From: a virus
Lineage: Duplodnaviria; Caudoviricetes
Virus record (IMG/VR): IMGVR_UViG_3300010355_001062
Coordinates: 11,321 to 75,320 of that record
Reading direction: 5' to 3' (one strand)
Length of the DNA: 64,000 nt
The notes beneath the pieces are model-generated. The model did not search any database, was not told the DNA's origin, and saw only the letters and a program-made list of their open reading frames with translations. Made by a program: the position numbers and the translations under genes. Positions 38,621 to 49,307 of this stretch are shown here, in pieces (position 1 is the stretch's first letter; each line of letters begins with the position of its first letter).

Positions 38621-38869
38621 TCACAATTCATGCAGCTTCAATAATACTTTAATTTTAGCCGTACTAATGCCCACATACTCCGATATGCGTCTATGTGACC
38701 AATTCTTTCTACGATAATGTAGTATAACAGGATGTGCTAGGTAATCAGCCTGCATATCCTGAAAGAATAAATAAGTCTTTTCTGGTATATCTTCGAGTCG
38801 GTTAACTCTTATACCAGTTAACACAAAATAAGCCTCAAGGTATAAGGCTACTAGCTTTGCGGGTTCCAT
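38621..38869 (-). CDS. small protein with C-terminal HTH-like segment
   Basis: WSHRRISEYVGISTAKIK. Confidence 0.55.
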   Translation of the reverse strand: MEPAKLVALYLEAYFVLTGIRVNRLEDIPEKTYLFFQDMQADYLAHPVILHYRRKNWSHRRISEYVGISTAKIKVLLKLHEL

Positions 38870-38874
38870 ACTAT

Positions 38875-39063
38875 TTAATTTAATGAGTTAATCCACCATT
38901 GCATCCATGCTATATATGTAGCATTATCCAAGCAACTAGCGCAGCTGGCTACTCCAGTAGCTTGCAGAAATCGCTTAGCTTCTACGTGCTCTTCATTAAG
39001 CCATAATTGTAACAATTGCTCAGCTTGCTCAATAGTCAGCATGCTAAAATTATAAGTTTTCAT
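38875..39063 (-). CDS. hypothetical protein
   Basis: 62 aa, CASC motif, overlaps upstream stop. Confidence 0.55.
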   Translation of the reverse strand: MKTYNFSMLTIEQAEQLLQLWLNEEHVEAKRFLQATGVASCASCLDNATYIAWMQWWINSLN

Positions 39064-41867
39064 ATAAAAGCATTTTTAGTTACTGTAGGGCACCCATCGC
39101 CGAATGTCACCTCGCGTTTAAATTCATAGGGATAAAAAGCGTAGGGATTAGTACGGCTATCGTCCAATACTTGTAGTATGCTAGAACACCCAGAACCTCC
39201 TATATAAATAAGCTTTATAGCTCTTTCAACGATACCAGCTGGCGTAGTACGCACAACATGTACTATAATTGTACCTTCGCCTGCTACTATACCTGTGCTG
39301 AAATCTACGCTAGTAACAACATCAGCAAACATAGTTATCAAAGCGCCGGTGTTGTCCAGTAAGTGCACTGAGCCTAATATATCACCACAGCCCGAGGCAT
39401 TTGTAATAGTTATGATACCACCAGTGCAGCTATATGTGAAGTCCATGAATTCGCGCACTTCACAACCACATAATGGTGCTGTATACTCTAGCCATATGCT
39501 ATCGCCGACTTTACGATAATATAGCTTATCAGTCAAGCTAGGTGAAGTTATACCAGCTGTCGGATACGCTAATATGCAATTGGTATCACGTGTAAGCTCG
39601 AAATTGGGTTCATTATCACAATTATATACAGGATCGCATATCGCATATAACTCGTTCTGTGGCCTAAAAGTAGCATCCGCTTTAGTGCCTGAATATTTAT
39701 CCAAGCTAAGTAACCGCGCTACCATGTATGTATTGCTAACCTTGATATTGAAGAACCGTCGCATATCGGTCATATCAAAATCAATTGGATTTTGCAACAA
39801 CTGAATATCAAACTCTTCGTTACTAGCTAATTCTGCGAGAAAGCTACGCCAGAATGTACGTGATAAATCCTGAGCATTAAAATCATACGCAACATTCTGT
39901 AAAGCTACTGTAGCTGTCGGGCTAGAACCCAGAGCTTGAGTATTATACATAAAAGCGTACGGTATATTAGTTTCTATACCGGATTTGAATTTCCATTGCG
40001 CTACTATATCATTGCCGAAGCTATCTTTACCCCTATACTGCGGTGTTAGCCCGTAAGCTGTCAGCAAGCGCGGTTTTATCTTATTAGCTACTTTGAAATC
40101 CGCGCTATCCCAACACGCTGGTATCACTACAGAAGTATCTATAGTAGGTGCAAGTATATTAGTGTGCTGTAAATCTGTAGCTTGGATATTCTCAGTAGCT
40201 TCAAAGAACGGATTATTATTATACTCAGTGTCCTCTTCGTATCTAGTACCGAAATCAAGCCTACGAGCTTTGACTGGATTATCATTGTCGAAACCGCGCG
40301 ATTTCACATATTCATCATCTGGATTACTGTAGCCTAACGAATAGTAGCGTTTATCTACTATACGTCTGTATGTGAATTTGTAGGATGTGCAATCATAAGC
40401 TGCATCTACAGTTTGTGATTTGTAGAAAGCCTCCGGCCTTTGCCCGTCGAATAGCTCAGTAGCGTCTGACTGGTATAACCATACTGTTCTGGTAAATTCA
40501 TCAGATACCAATTTACCTTGTACCGCGTGGACTACGCCTTGTACAAATTTTTCGAACTCTAGCGAACAATCAAGCCAAGCTCGCAATAATACCAACATAC
40601 CAGCTTGTAATTTCACGCTTACTGGATTAGCTTTCACAAATCCATTACTTATGCGATATATACCAAGCCCTGAACCACCACTAGTGAAAAATACTGTTGT
40701 AGTGAAAGCTACACGCCAATTAGGGTTTATATCCAGCTCAGGCGTAGTCCAACGGAATTTACGCACATCGTTAGTTGATATAAACTGCGGTGAGTTTATG
40801 GAGCCTACTAAAGCTCCAGGAAATGGTATAGTTGGGTCAAACACTAACATGGTAGCCTGAATTATAACAGTATCTCCGTAATCTCTGGTGTCGAGATCGA
40901 ATTCTATATCAAAAGAATATTTTCCAGACAAGCCACGTAAATAATAATAATTGAAGCCACCGTCTACTCTTATATCACCCGCTGTATTAGCTATATAAAA
41001 GCCAGCATCCGTACCTAACACGCTAGTATCAAGAAATTGTAGCTCGTCGGTGGGAGCTACCCATACTGGATTACCTGGCAAGCTTGGTGGATAGCCTGCT
41101 CCTACATTTAAGTAACTCTCAGTCTGGTACGCGGCTACTTTAAAACTTTCTAACGAATTATTGCCGGATAGGTCGACTAGTAAATAAGCTATCAAGCTAC
41201 GCCCATACTCAGTCTCCAGTATAGGCGATCTGAATTTATAGCCTAGCTTACAAAAACCACGTTGCAATAATGCAAGTATATGTACAAATGGCCTGAAATC
41301 AGCTTCCGTAGCTGTACCCATCGACTGTAATAAATCATCATCGTAAATAGCGGGTATTGACCAATTACCATAATGTATTAATGGATAGTAGTAACCAGCA
41401 TCACCATCATTGTATATAGCATTATTAGCCCAGTTATTGCGCAGATTAGCTTCAGTTAGTAGAAAATTAGGGAAGTCTATCTGGCACAGCTTTAGTTTCT
41501 TTATGGATATAGCCCAGAAGTCTTCGGGCATTACTAACTCGGCTTCAAAACCACGACGTGTTTTATTATACACACGCAGAAATATTTGAGGCAATAGTAT
41601 ACCATCATCCCAAGCTTGTACATAAAAGCCTTTGGTTCCTAAGCCCTTTTCAGCGCCTATTGCATTAGTTATAGCCCATGTATTCTTTTCAGTATGCACC
41701 AGAAAGAAACCTAACACACCTTCCGATGAAATACGCTCTAGCGATACCTGATCTACTTTTTTGCTACGTTCGAACTTAGGACAGAAATCCAAGCTCAAAC
41801 TACCATTAGCATCCAGAAAATGCTCAGGAGTGTTTTCTGGTGTATTAAGCAATATTATTCTGTTCAT
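39060..41867 (-). CDS. tail tip / hub-like protein
   Basis: 935 aa, second gene after tape measure; YYYPLIHYG motif recalled from Bacteroidota tail genes. Confidence 0.65.
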   Translation of the reverse strand: MNRIILLNTPENTPEHFLDANGSLSLDFCPKFERSKKVDQVSLERISSEGVLGFFLVHTEKNTWAITNAIGAEKGLGTKGFYVQAWDDGILLPQIFLRVYNKTRRGFEAELVMPEDFWAISIKKLKLCQIDFPNFLLTEANLRNNWANNAIYNDGDAGYYYPLIHYGNWSIPAIYDDDLLQSMGTATEADFRPFVHILALLQRGFCKLGYKFRSPILETEYGRSLIAYLLVDLSGNNSLESFKVAAYQTESYLNVGAGYPPSLPGNPVWVAPTDELQFLDTSVLGTDAGFYIANTAGDIRVDGGFNYYYLRGLSGKYSFDIEFDLDTRDYGDTVIIQATMLVFDPTIPFPGALVGSINSPQFISTNDVRKFRWTTPELDINPNWRVAFTTTVFFTSGGSGLGIYRISNGFVKANPVSVKLQAGMLVLLRAWLDCSLEFEKFVQGVVHAVQGKLVSDEFTRTVWLYQSDATELFDGQRPEAFYKSQTVDAAYDCTSYKFTYRRIVDKRYYSLGYSNPDDEYVKSRGFDNDNPVKARRLDFGTRYEEDTEYNNNPFFEATENIQATDLQHTNILAPTIDTSVVIPACWDSADFKVANKIKPRLLTAYGLTPQYRGKDSFGNDIVAQWKFKSGIETNIPYAFMYNTQALGSSPTATVALQNVAYDFNAQDLSRTFWRSFLAELASNEEFDIQLLQNPIDFDMTDMRRFFNIKVSNTYMVARLLSLDKYSGTKADATFRPQNELYAICDPVYNCDNEPNFELTRDTNCILAYPTAGITSPSLTDKLYYRKVGDSIWLEYTAPLCGCEVREFMDFTYSCTGGIITITNASGCGDILGSVHLLDNTGALITMFADVVTSVDFSTGIVAGEGTIIVHVVRTTPAGIVERAIKLIYIGGSGCSSILQVLDDSRTNPYAFYPYEFKREVTFGDGCPTVTKNAFI

Positions 41868-43264
41868 CGATCAAAGCGTATATTAATGAAATAAGCGGTG
41901 TCGCGCTGATAGACCACGGTCTCGCCTGGTCGTAGATAGACATCTTTAAATCCTCCATTCTCATAAATCAAATATCTATCTGAGGCTAGAAACCTATACC
42001 AGCTAGCTCGAAACTCAGGAAAATTCCTACCTCTCATTGAAAGGATAAAATTTTCAGTTATTTCTTTGCGGGCTATTTTATTTTTGCATGCATCACAATC
42101 AGCTGCTATTTCCAGCAACTCGTGACCGTCCTGAATAGCCATTTGATCATACTCGTCAAGCACGAATTGTTTCCAGCCATTATCCAGATACCATACCGGC
42201 ACGCATCTGCAATCCAAATCTTTGTAACGTACTACTAAACCTAGCGTTGGGTATATTGTAGTAGTGCCTAAGCCATCTACGACATTAGCTCCAACAAAAA
42301 CATGCCAATAACATGCATCAGTAGGTATGGCTATTGGGTAAGCTAGCGGTATCTGATATACACCGTCACCGCTCCATATAGCCGTAGTAGTTATAGTAGT
42401 CCTAACTCCTAGCTCATTATAGAAATCATACGCTATAACTAGATTATTCACACTATAGCCATATTCCTCCAGCGGTAATATTAACCAACGTGATTCTATG
42501 GAACCAGGGCATATAGTAATCTCACGTTGCGGTACTAACCAAGGCCATTCACCAACTACGCCGCCGTTATTAGCATTATCACCAAATATTAAATTAAAAA
42601 CATTAGTTACATTAAATATACCGAAATCGGAACCACAAGCTACACCACGCTGTGAATCTCCATAGCGCACAAAGCCTGCTCTAGTAATATCGTAGTCGAT
42701 AGCCGCTAGACCGTTAGTCACTATAGGAGCAGGCATTAACGGGTATTTGTATTCAAAGCACTGCCGTATAGATACGCCGTTAGAATATATTACCGGCACA
42801 TTACTCATAGGCCCGTAAGGTTTATTATCTACAAATAGCTGGTAGTGCATACGATAACCTATCGGGGCATTCGGATTAGAGCCAGGATTTTGAGCTAGTA
42901 CAGGCGGGAAGCTAAGTCCAGAAAAATCAAAAGTCCAGCTTGACTGAAATTCTTTTGTATAAGCCTCTAATAGTACTTGCCCTCCACCAATACTGGTAGC
43001 TATAGCACGTTGGAAAAATTCTGGTCTGGCATTTAACGCGGCAGCTAGATTTATAGCATTTGTACTACCTAGCGCTTGTGTGAGATCACACAATGGCCCG
43101 ACTACTAATTTTACTCCAGCTACTGTTAGCATCTCATTGAGTACATTAGGCTCAGCATCATCGAATGTAATAAGTGCATAAGCTACTGTAGCTAGAAACT
43201 CGTTATCAAAGCATAATTTAGGGCATCCAGCCACATACTTAGGCGGTTGAGCTACTAGGTTCAT
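41864..43264 (-). CDS. tail protein (distal-tail-like)
   Basis: Directly after tape measure, overlapping stop/start. Confidence 0.55.
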   Translation of the reverse strand: MNLVAQPPKYVAGCPKLCFDNEFLATVAYALITFDDAEPNVLNEMLTVAGVKLVVGPLCDLTQALGSTNAINLAAALNARPEFFQRAIATSIGGGQVLLEAYTKEFQSSWTFDFSGLSFPPVLAQNPGSNPNAPIGYRMHYQLFVDNKPYGPMSNVPVIYSNGVSIRQCFEYKYPLMPAPIVTNGLAAIDYDITRAGFVRYGDSQRGVACGSDFGIFNVTNVFNLIFGDNANNGGVVGEWPWLVPQREITICPGSIESRWLILPLEEYGYSVNNLVIAYDFYNELGVRTTITTTAIWSGDGVYQIPLAYPIAIPTDACYWHVFVGANVVDGLGTTTIYPTLGLVVRYKDLDCRCVPVWYLDNGWKQFVLDEYDQMAIQDGHELLEIAADCDACKNKIARKEITENFILSMRGRNFPEFRASWYRFLASDRYLIYENGGFKDVYLRPGETVVYQRDTAYFINIRFDR

Positions 43265-46200
43265 CCTGTTATCAATTTTAGCCGTGCAAGACGCTCTTGA
43301 GCCGTGACTGCATCTTCTATGCCATCAACTATGCCGTCATGTGCAGCTGTTTGTAATCTATCGGCTATTATATTAGCCATTAATTCTATTTGATCAGTGG
43401 TGAATAACGCTACGCTAGTAGTGCCTCTATCAGAATAAGACGACGGTGTACCGCCAGCGGGTAATACAAAGCCTCCAGTTGCGTAAGCTCTATAAGGCGC
43501 TCTGTCGCCCAGCCGTAAGCGCTCAGCAGCTCTAGCTAGAGCTGAACCTTCTGGCGTCATTAATACTCGCTTCGGCATTACATATTCATCCTCGTGTACC
43601 ACACCGACAGGACGATGGCCCGAGCTATCAGCTTTACCTTCGCCCTTTCCAGTATAACCACCTCCAGCAAATCCTTTGTTGCGTATATTGTTTACCTGTG
43701 TTTTATACTCTAAACTTAATGCTCCGATACGTATAGCTCTGTAAATAGCATCAAATGGTTGCACCAGCGATGATGGAGCTATAAGTATATTTATGATACC
43801 CTGAGCATAAGCTATAGCAGCTGCCGCTATCTCGTATTTCTTGCGTTGTTCGAATTCTTTCTTACGTAACTCCTCATTCTTCTTAGCTTTCTCTTCCTCA
43901 AGCCGTGTGATCTCTTCTTTGTTACCACGAGCTTTTTCGATCTGCCTATCGTAGTAAGCATCTGACTCTAAGCGCTGGCGTTCAAATACTGAGCCTATAT
44001 AATCGGATATAGCTGTAGCTGATTCTTTAGCTACATCCAACCACATATTTACCTCTTCTAGTTCAGCTATCGTTTCCTCGCTAAACCCATTAGAGCTACG
44101 TCGTGCTTTACGCTCGTTTTCGTGGGCTTCTTGTAGCTGAGCTATAGTATCTAAATGCTGTATAGTCAGCTCTTGCTCCTCTTCTAGCGATCCTTTAAAG
44201 TTTTTCAACTTTTCTTGGATCAGGAAAGCTTCTAAAGCTAGTTCTATTACAATTCTTTGAGCATTATATAACTCCTCGTCCCTAGTTTTAATCCCTATTA
44301 TACGCTTATTAGCATTTATACGAGCTTCCGATTCACGACGTATTGCATTCGGGTCTAGTGCACCGAGATCAGCGCGTTTCGCTGCTAGATCATTCTCTAT
44401 TTTTAAGTACTCGTCTGAGCCTTCTTGAAATAAGCGCTTGCGATTCTCTAGTAGCTGTATATCAGCAGTCAGATTTATAGCTTTCAGCTCTATCTGTAGC
44501 TCTTTCTCTACTTTTATGCGCTCATTAGCTGAACGAATAGCTAGCTGGCGCTGTTGTTCGACTACATTATTATCCGGCTCCAGGTCTGTTTCTAACACGG
44601 CTGTGAAATCAGCATTAGCCGCAGCTCTCTGTAGTCGTTTTATAGCGTTCTCTGCTTCGGTTAGTTGTTGTTGAGCTTTTGTGAGATCAGGTATTATTTG
44701 ACCTACTTTGTCGGAATCAGCTTTGTTTAACTCTTCTTGTAAGCGTTTTACTAACTTAGTATAAGTCTCAATCGAGGTGCTTACTTCACCTAAACTGGAA
44801 GCACGCGCATCTAACAAAGCTTTCCATTCCTTTTCAGCTTTTGTTACCTGATCGGTAAGTGTAAAGTAGTTCTTTAGTTGTTCTGCATAAGGTTTACCTG
44901 CAAGTATATTATCCTGAATTTCGCCTTCAAGCCGACTTAACTCAGCTCGCATTTTCTCCAAACCCTGAGCTGCCGAGTCGGTATAGTCAAAAGCACTGAA
45001 TGTACGATTAGATTTACGTCTAGTACGATCCAAGTCGAATTTATCCTGTGTTATATTTGTACCGGGTTTACCTAGTGCTTTATTTATTATGTCAGTAGCT
45101 GCAGCAGTCCCTCTTTGAAGTTTAGTTAAGTCTACTTTGAATATTTTATCCATAAAGCTTTCGCCCTGACCGGTAACCGAGCCTAGACCTAAGCTTTTTA
45201 GATTAGCTTCATTAGCTTTAAGATAAGCAGCTGTAGCTTCGCGCTGTCTTCTAGCTTCCTCAGCTTGAAGTGTAGCCGCTTTGCGTATTTCATCTTCACG
45301 TATAGCTTGGCGCTTTTCTGACTCCCGTCTTACTATCTCAGTATGTTCAGCTTCAGTTCTACCGGCTATCGTTGTGTAATTATTACCTACCGATTCTATA
45401 GTCTGGCTAAAATTCTCTGATTCGAAACCAGCCTTAAACGCTTTACCTAAGTTCTTACCCAAATTACCTATGTTCTTAAAGAACTCGATAGGATTTGTGA
45501 TGAATTGCCCGATAGTTTTAGCCAATTCTAGTACCACTGCAGTCACCCCACGAATGCCCTTAGAAAAATTGCTTGTGCCATTAGCTGCCAGTAATAATCC
45601 TGATATTAGCGCACCTATAGCTGTAATTACAATACCAATCGGATTGGCATTCATAGCTATATTAAGCAAAGTCTGAGCAAAAGCAGCTAAACGCAATGCT
45701 GCATTAGATTTTAACAATGCTGCTATATAATTAGGTATAGCTGATATAGCGGCTACAATTAATTGTCTATTCTGTATGGTAATAGCCAGGGTTAAAGCAC
45801 CCAAGAATGGCAATAACTTGGTTATAGTGGAACCTATACTAGCCAGTAATTGCTCAGCAGGCCCCAAATATTGAATCCAACTAGCAAACCCACCGACTAA
45901 ATCAGCTACAGCCCGTATCATTGCTGATAAAGGCTTTTCAACTAACAAACCTAGCGTGATACCCAATGTTTCAGTAGCTCCTTGTAGCTGATCCACTGAA
46001 CCCTTTAGGTCTAAACGCATCTTATCGGCAGCAGCTTTGGAAGCTCCTTCGACATTATAAAGTTCAGCAATTAATTTTTCTACCTCCCCACGCTGTTCCG
46101 CTAGTGTTAATGCTACAACCGAAGCATCTTTTCCGAATATAGCGTTAGCCGTTGATAGCTTATTCTCAGATGCTAGAATGGTATCAAATGCCTCGCCTAG

Positions 46201-47238
46201 TGATTTACCGCTATTCGCAGTTTCGATAAAGATATTCCGCAATGACGTACCAGCTGTAGAAGCGTCGATGGAGTTGTCTGCTAGAATACCCAAAAGACCA
46301 GCAGTAGTTTGTAGATCGACTCCAACAGCCGCAGCTGCCGGGCCTACAATGGAGATACCTGTTTCGAACTTTTTCAAGTCCAGAGCAGTTCTATTGAATA
46401 CACCAGCTAATATATCTCCAACAGCTGCTGCCCTGCTCGTTTCAATAGCGAAGATATTAAGTACAGAACCCACTAAACTAGCCGTCTGAGCTAAATCCTC
46501 ACCTGCAAGAGTAGCTACATCGGTAGTGGCTGAAAGTACATCATTAATTTCAGTGGCTGTGAAACCCAATTTAGCATATTCGATAGCTAATTGAGCAATT
46601 TCCTGTGTAGTAAATTCAGAATTGGCGCCGACTCGCAGAATTTCTTCACGAACTTTAGCCATATCCTCAGCCGTAGCTCCAGAAACTGCGCTAATAGTGG
46701 ATAATTGGCGACTAAACTTAACAGTATTTTCAAAAGCTGTACTCATAGCCTGAGCTACAAGCTGAATAGCCGTTATAAAGCCACCAGTAGCTATACCGAA
46801 AGTAAGTAAATCAGCTAATTCTCCAAGACCTTTGCGATAATTACCTATATTTCGTTGATAAAGTCCTATACGTTTATCAATATCAGTAAGCTCATTAGAT
46901 ATTCTACCTATCTTTTGTTCGAGTTCTTTACCTTTAGCTGCTTTGAGTTCAGCTTCAGTAAGATTTTTATAGTCGTCGCGTAATTGTTCGAGTTGAGCGC
47001 TTAATTGTCGATAGTAACCACCGGCTCCTAATTTATTTATCTCTAAGCGAAAGCTTTTTGCAACACCTTCTAGTGCTAGTAGGTCTTTACTCTGTTTAAC
47101 GAAACCCGGATCAGTGGATTTCATCAGCTTTAGCTCTTCACGAACTTGCTTTAACGACTTACGAATGTCCTCTGTTGTGTCTAGCACAACGGTACCACCC
47201 GCCAGTTGCATTGTTAATCCTAGTACTCTAGTAGCCAT
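43261..47238 (-). CDS. tail tape measure protein (TP901-type)
   Basis: AVSGATAEDM..VREEIL..G..SEFT..EIA...Y.KLGF domain, long helical body, C-terminal FAGGGYTG...GVVHEDEYV; start moved to ATG 47238. Confidence 0.92.
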   Translation of the reverse strand: MATRVLGLTMQLAGGTVVLDTTEDIRKSLKQVREELKLMKSTDPGFVKQSKDLLALEGVAKSFRLEINKLGAGGYYRQLSAQLEQLRDDYKNLTEAELKAAKGKELEQKIGRISNELTDIDKRIGLYQRNIGNYRKGLGELADLLTFGIATGGFITAIQLVAQAMSTAFENTVKFSRQLSTISAVSGATAEDMAKVREEILRVGANSEFTTQEIAQLAIEYAKLGFTATEINDVLSATTDVATLAGEDLAQTASLVGSVLNIFAIETSRAAAVGDILAGVFNRTALDLKKFETGISIVGPAAAAVGVDLQTTAGLLGILADNSIDASTAGTSLRNIFIETANSGKSLGEAFDTILASENKLSTANAIFGKDASVVALTLAEQRGEVEKLIAELYNVEGASKAAADKMRLDLKGSVDQLQGATETLGITLGLLVEKPLSAMIRAVADLVGGFASWIQYLGPAEQLLASIGSTITKLLPFLGALTLAITIQNRQLIVAAISAIPNYIAALLKSNAALRLAAFAQTLLNIAMNANPIGIVITAIGALISGLLLAANGTSNFSKGIRGVTAVVLELAKTIGQFITNPIEFFKNIGNLGKNLGKAFKAGFESENFSQTIESVGNNYTTIAGRTEAEHTEIVRRESEKRQAIREDEIRKAATLQAEEARRQREATAAYLKANEANLKSLGLGSVTGQGESFMDKIFKVDLTKLQRGTAAATDIINKALGKPGTNITQDKFDLDRTRRKSNRTFSAFDYTDSAAQGLEKMRAELSRLEGEIQDNILAGKPYAEQLKNYFTLTDQVTKAEKEWKALLDARASSLGEVSTSIETYTKLVKRLQEELNKADSDKVGQIIPDLTKAQQQLTEAENAIKRLQRAAANADFTAVLETDLEPDNNVVEQQRQLAIRSANERIKVEKELQIELKAINLTADIQLLENRKRLFQEGSDEYLKIENDLAAKRADLGALDPNAIRRESEARINANKRIIGIKTRDEELYNAQRIVIELALEAFLIQEKLKNFKGSLEEEQELTIQHLDTIAQLQEAHENERKARRSSNGFSEETIAELEEVNMWLDVAKESATAISDYIGSVFERQRLESDAYYDRQIEKARGNKEEITRLEEEKAKKNEELRKKEFEQRKKYEIAAAAIAYAQGIINILIAPSSLVQPFDAIYRAIRIGALSLEYKTQVNNIRNKGFAGGGYTGKGEGKADSSGHRPVGVVHEDEYVMPKRVLMTPEGSALARAAERLRLGDRAPYRAYATGGFVLPAGGTPSSYSDRGTTSVALFTTDQIELMANIIADRLQTAAHDGIVDGIEDAVTAQERLARLKLITG

Positions 47239-47256
47239 GTGAGCTATGTTATAGCT

Positions 47257-47288
47257 CAAAGATAGGAATTAATCCCGAACATTCCAAA
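47257..47288 (-). promoter_or_regulatory. Bacteroidota sigma-A type promoter upstream of tape measure gene
   Basis: TTTG-N20-TATCTTTG. Confidence 0.8.
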
Positions 47289-47341
47289 TTTAGGGAGATA
47301 ATATAAATATAAGGGGATAATATGGAAAGGGAAAAATAATC

Positions 47342-47375
47342 GATTAGGCTCGATATTAGAGGGATTAGGCTCGAT
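47342..47375. repeat. two direct copies of GATTAGGCTCGAT
   Basis: 47342-47354 and 47363-47375. Confidence 0.8.
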
Positions 47376-47428
47376 TTTAATGATCGATTCCCAATCCCTC
47401 ATAAATTAAATGGGTCAAGGATAACCCA

Positions 47429-47710
47429 TTAGCGGCATGGCCAGATAGATAATAAAGCAGTCGCTCCAGATACTCGAATATCACTTAAATAAGTTAGCTC
47501 GCCGAATCGAGCTACGCTCAAGTAATAACTACCTTCATCGCTAGCTGCATGTAGCCGTTCTTTTTCGAGTGCTGTCAATTGCAATGTAGCTTGCTGCACA
47601 TTGCCTGATATATGCAAATATTCCACAGTATAGCACTGTCTTTGTGCTGACTGTGTAGGCTCAGAGCAAGCTACTAAGAATAGCAGTAAAATAAGAAGCA
47701 CAGGTTTCAT
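47429..47710 (-). CDS. lipoprotein
   Basis: MKPVLLILLLFLVAC lipobox. Confidence 0.75.
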   Translation of the reverse strand: MKPVLLILLLFLVACSEPTQSAQRQCYTVEYLHISGNVQQATLQLTALEKERLHAASDEGSYYLSVARFGELTYLSDIRVSGATALLSIWPCR

Positions 47711-48177
47711 ACGTTTATTTTGAGGATGATAAAATCAGTATGTCCGATGATAGTACATTTGTGCCCGGCCATTAGTACTCCTAGCAGTAATTTTCTAGCC
47801 GATGGTGGTATCATACCTCTAACATCCAGCATGGGAAACATAACACCAGTGCTCGCTTGTATTTGGTAAACTCCCTCACCTAGACGATATACATACCAAG
47901 TGGAAATCGGCTTGCCAATAACAAACATCTGACCTATCCTATGTGGCCAATAAGTCACCAAGTCTAGTATGTATTCTTCGTGAGCTTTCGAGGCCAGATT
48001 TAGGCTTTTCACATGTTGCTTAGCTGATTCACTACCATGTGCATGATATGTGGCGAATACATCAAATATAAACTTGTCACTAAGGTCGCGAGCTACTTGT
48101 GTACTACAAGCCAATAATTTGTCGATGTCTTGCATTAGTGAGTGCATTTTGAGCGACATGTTGTACAACATGTACAT
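47707..48177 (-). CDS. hypothetical protein
   Basis: ORF in coupled small-gene run; start uncertain. Confidence 0.6.
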   Translation of the reverse strand: MYMLYNMSLKMHSLMQDIDKLLACSTQVARDLSDKFIFDVFATYHAHGSESAKQHVKSLNLASKAHEEYILDLVTYWPHRIGQMFVIGKPISTWYVYRLGEGVYQIQASTGVMFPMLDVRGMIPPSARKLLLGVLMAGHKCTIIGHTDFIILKINV

Positions 48178-48329
48178 GAATAAATTACCATAGCATTCTT
48201 AGGTGTTTTCGCACAAGCTCTAACGCCTCCTGGGCACGAACATTTCTCTTCGGTAGCTGTAGTAGTTTGTTTTGTTGCCACCTTAGTTTTCACTACGGTT
48301 TCCGCTTTGGTTTTCTTCGTTCCGAACAT
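48135..48329 (-). CDS. 8-Cys small protein
   Basis: CSCPG...C...CTCCTTCRSKC. Confidence 0.65.
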   Translation of the reverse strand: MFGTKKTKAETVVKTKVATKQTTTATEEKCSCPGGVRACAKTPKNAMVIYSCTCCTTCRSKCTH

Positions 48330-48331
48330 GA

Positions 48332-48583
48332 TTAAAGTTTTAAGCGTGAGTTAACTCGTTTTCCACATATTTCTCTACATGATTCGCAACAGTCGCATAA
48401 GTCCATCACGAAATCATCAGTTACTCGTATACATGGTTGCAATTCACCTGGGCATTTGCAATCGCTAAAATCCGGTATAGGCTCAGCTGTAGCAGCAGTT
48501 CGTTTATTGCGTAACTCCCTTAGCGCAGCTTCGAGATCAGCTATTCTAGTTTTTAGCTTTTCGGTGTCTATCTCAATTTTCAT
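48332..48583 (-). CDS. coiled coil plus 8-Cys small protein
   Basis: CKCPG...C...CDCCESCREIC. Confidence 0.7.
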   Translation of the reverse strand: MKIEIDTEKLKTRIADLEAALRELRNKRTAATAEPIPDFSDCKCPGELQPCIRVTDDFVMDLCDCCESCREICGKRVNSRLKL

Positions 48584-48782
48584 CGTAAGGGTTTATAATG
48601 ACTATTTGCCGATCCTTTATAGCCTGGTTCTCTTCCATTTCACGTTCTGTCAGATGCCCTAGCTCAAGTTCTACTGGACACACATAGCCGAGGTCATCAT
48701 AGGCAGCTACTTGCGTGTAGCCATCGGCTTGTAGTTGCTGTAGCATTTCGATCAATTTGTCGATGTCGTGTGTTACTCTCAT
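48573..48782 (-). CDS. hypothetical protein
   Basis: Shares IDxLIxxLQxLQxxGYTxVxAY with 50002-50433. Confidence 0.65.
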   Translation of the reverse strand: MRVTHDIDKLIEMLQQLQADGYTQVAAYDDLGYVCPVELELGHLTEREMEENQAIKDRQIVIINPYDEN

Positions 48783-49024
48783 TGTTTAGGTTTTACGCAC
48801 AATAACTTTACATCCTCGGTCTCGCCGTAATATCCTTCAACTCTGGACATGCCAGAGTTAGTGTAACCTTGTTCGATCAGCCATGTAAGCAATTTAGCAT
48901 ATGTAGCCAAATCAGCATCCGAGCCATCGAATAGGTTTATGAGTGATACCTCGGTGTAAGCTTTAGACTTTGTCGACCATGTCTCAGCCCTAAGCCCGCA
49001 TTCAAGTTCTACGAAATCAGCCAT
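48779..49024 (-). CDS. hypothetical protein
   Basis: Coupled ORF. Confidence 0.6.
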   Translation of the reverse strand: MADFVELECGLRAETWSTKSKAYTEVSLINLFDGSDADLATYAKLLTWLIEQGYTNSGMSRVEGYYGETEDVKLLCVKPKQ

Positions 49025-49307
49025 GTTTGTGATGGTTTATGCAATCCTGCTCGTTATCAAATACTAATTCTCTGCCTTTCAAGTCCAGTTCTATTTTCAT
49101 CAAGCCAGCCATCGCTACGAATTCGTTTTCATGGCCTTTAAGTAACATGTGCCCTGCACATTGTTTCCTATCGCCCTTTGTTTTATGGCACGGAAATGTA
49201 GTGGCATCGAGTATCTCGGTCATTCGGTTCTCGCCTAACCAGCCTTTCAGTGTGTCTTTTCTGAAAGGGCAGTCAACGCAAGGAGTGTGCATGTATGGTA
49301 GTTTCAT
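49017..49307 (-). CDS. Cys/His metal-binding protein (DUF6283-like)
   Basis: PCVDCPFR...FPCHK...CAG. Confidence 0.65.
   Translation of the reverse strand: MKLPYMHTPCVDCPFRKDTLKGWLGENRMTEILDATTFPCHKTKGDRKQCAGHMLLKGHENEFVAMAGLMKIELDLKGRELVFDNEQDCINHHKHG

Noticed and set aside
47239-47259. TTG start for the tape measure gene
   Set aside because: The TTG is part of the -7 promoter box; ATG 47238 is more plausible
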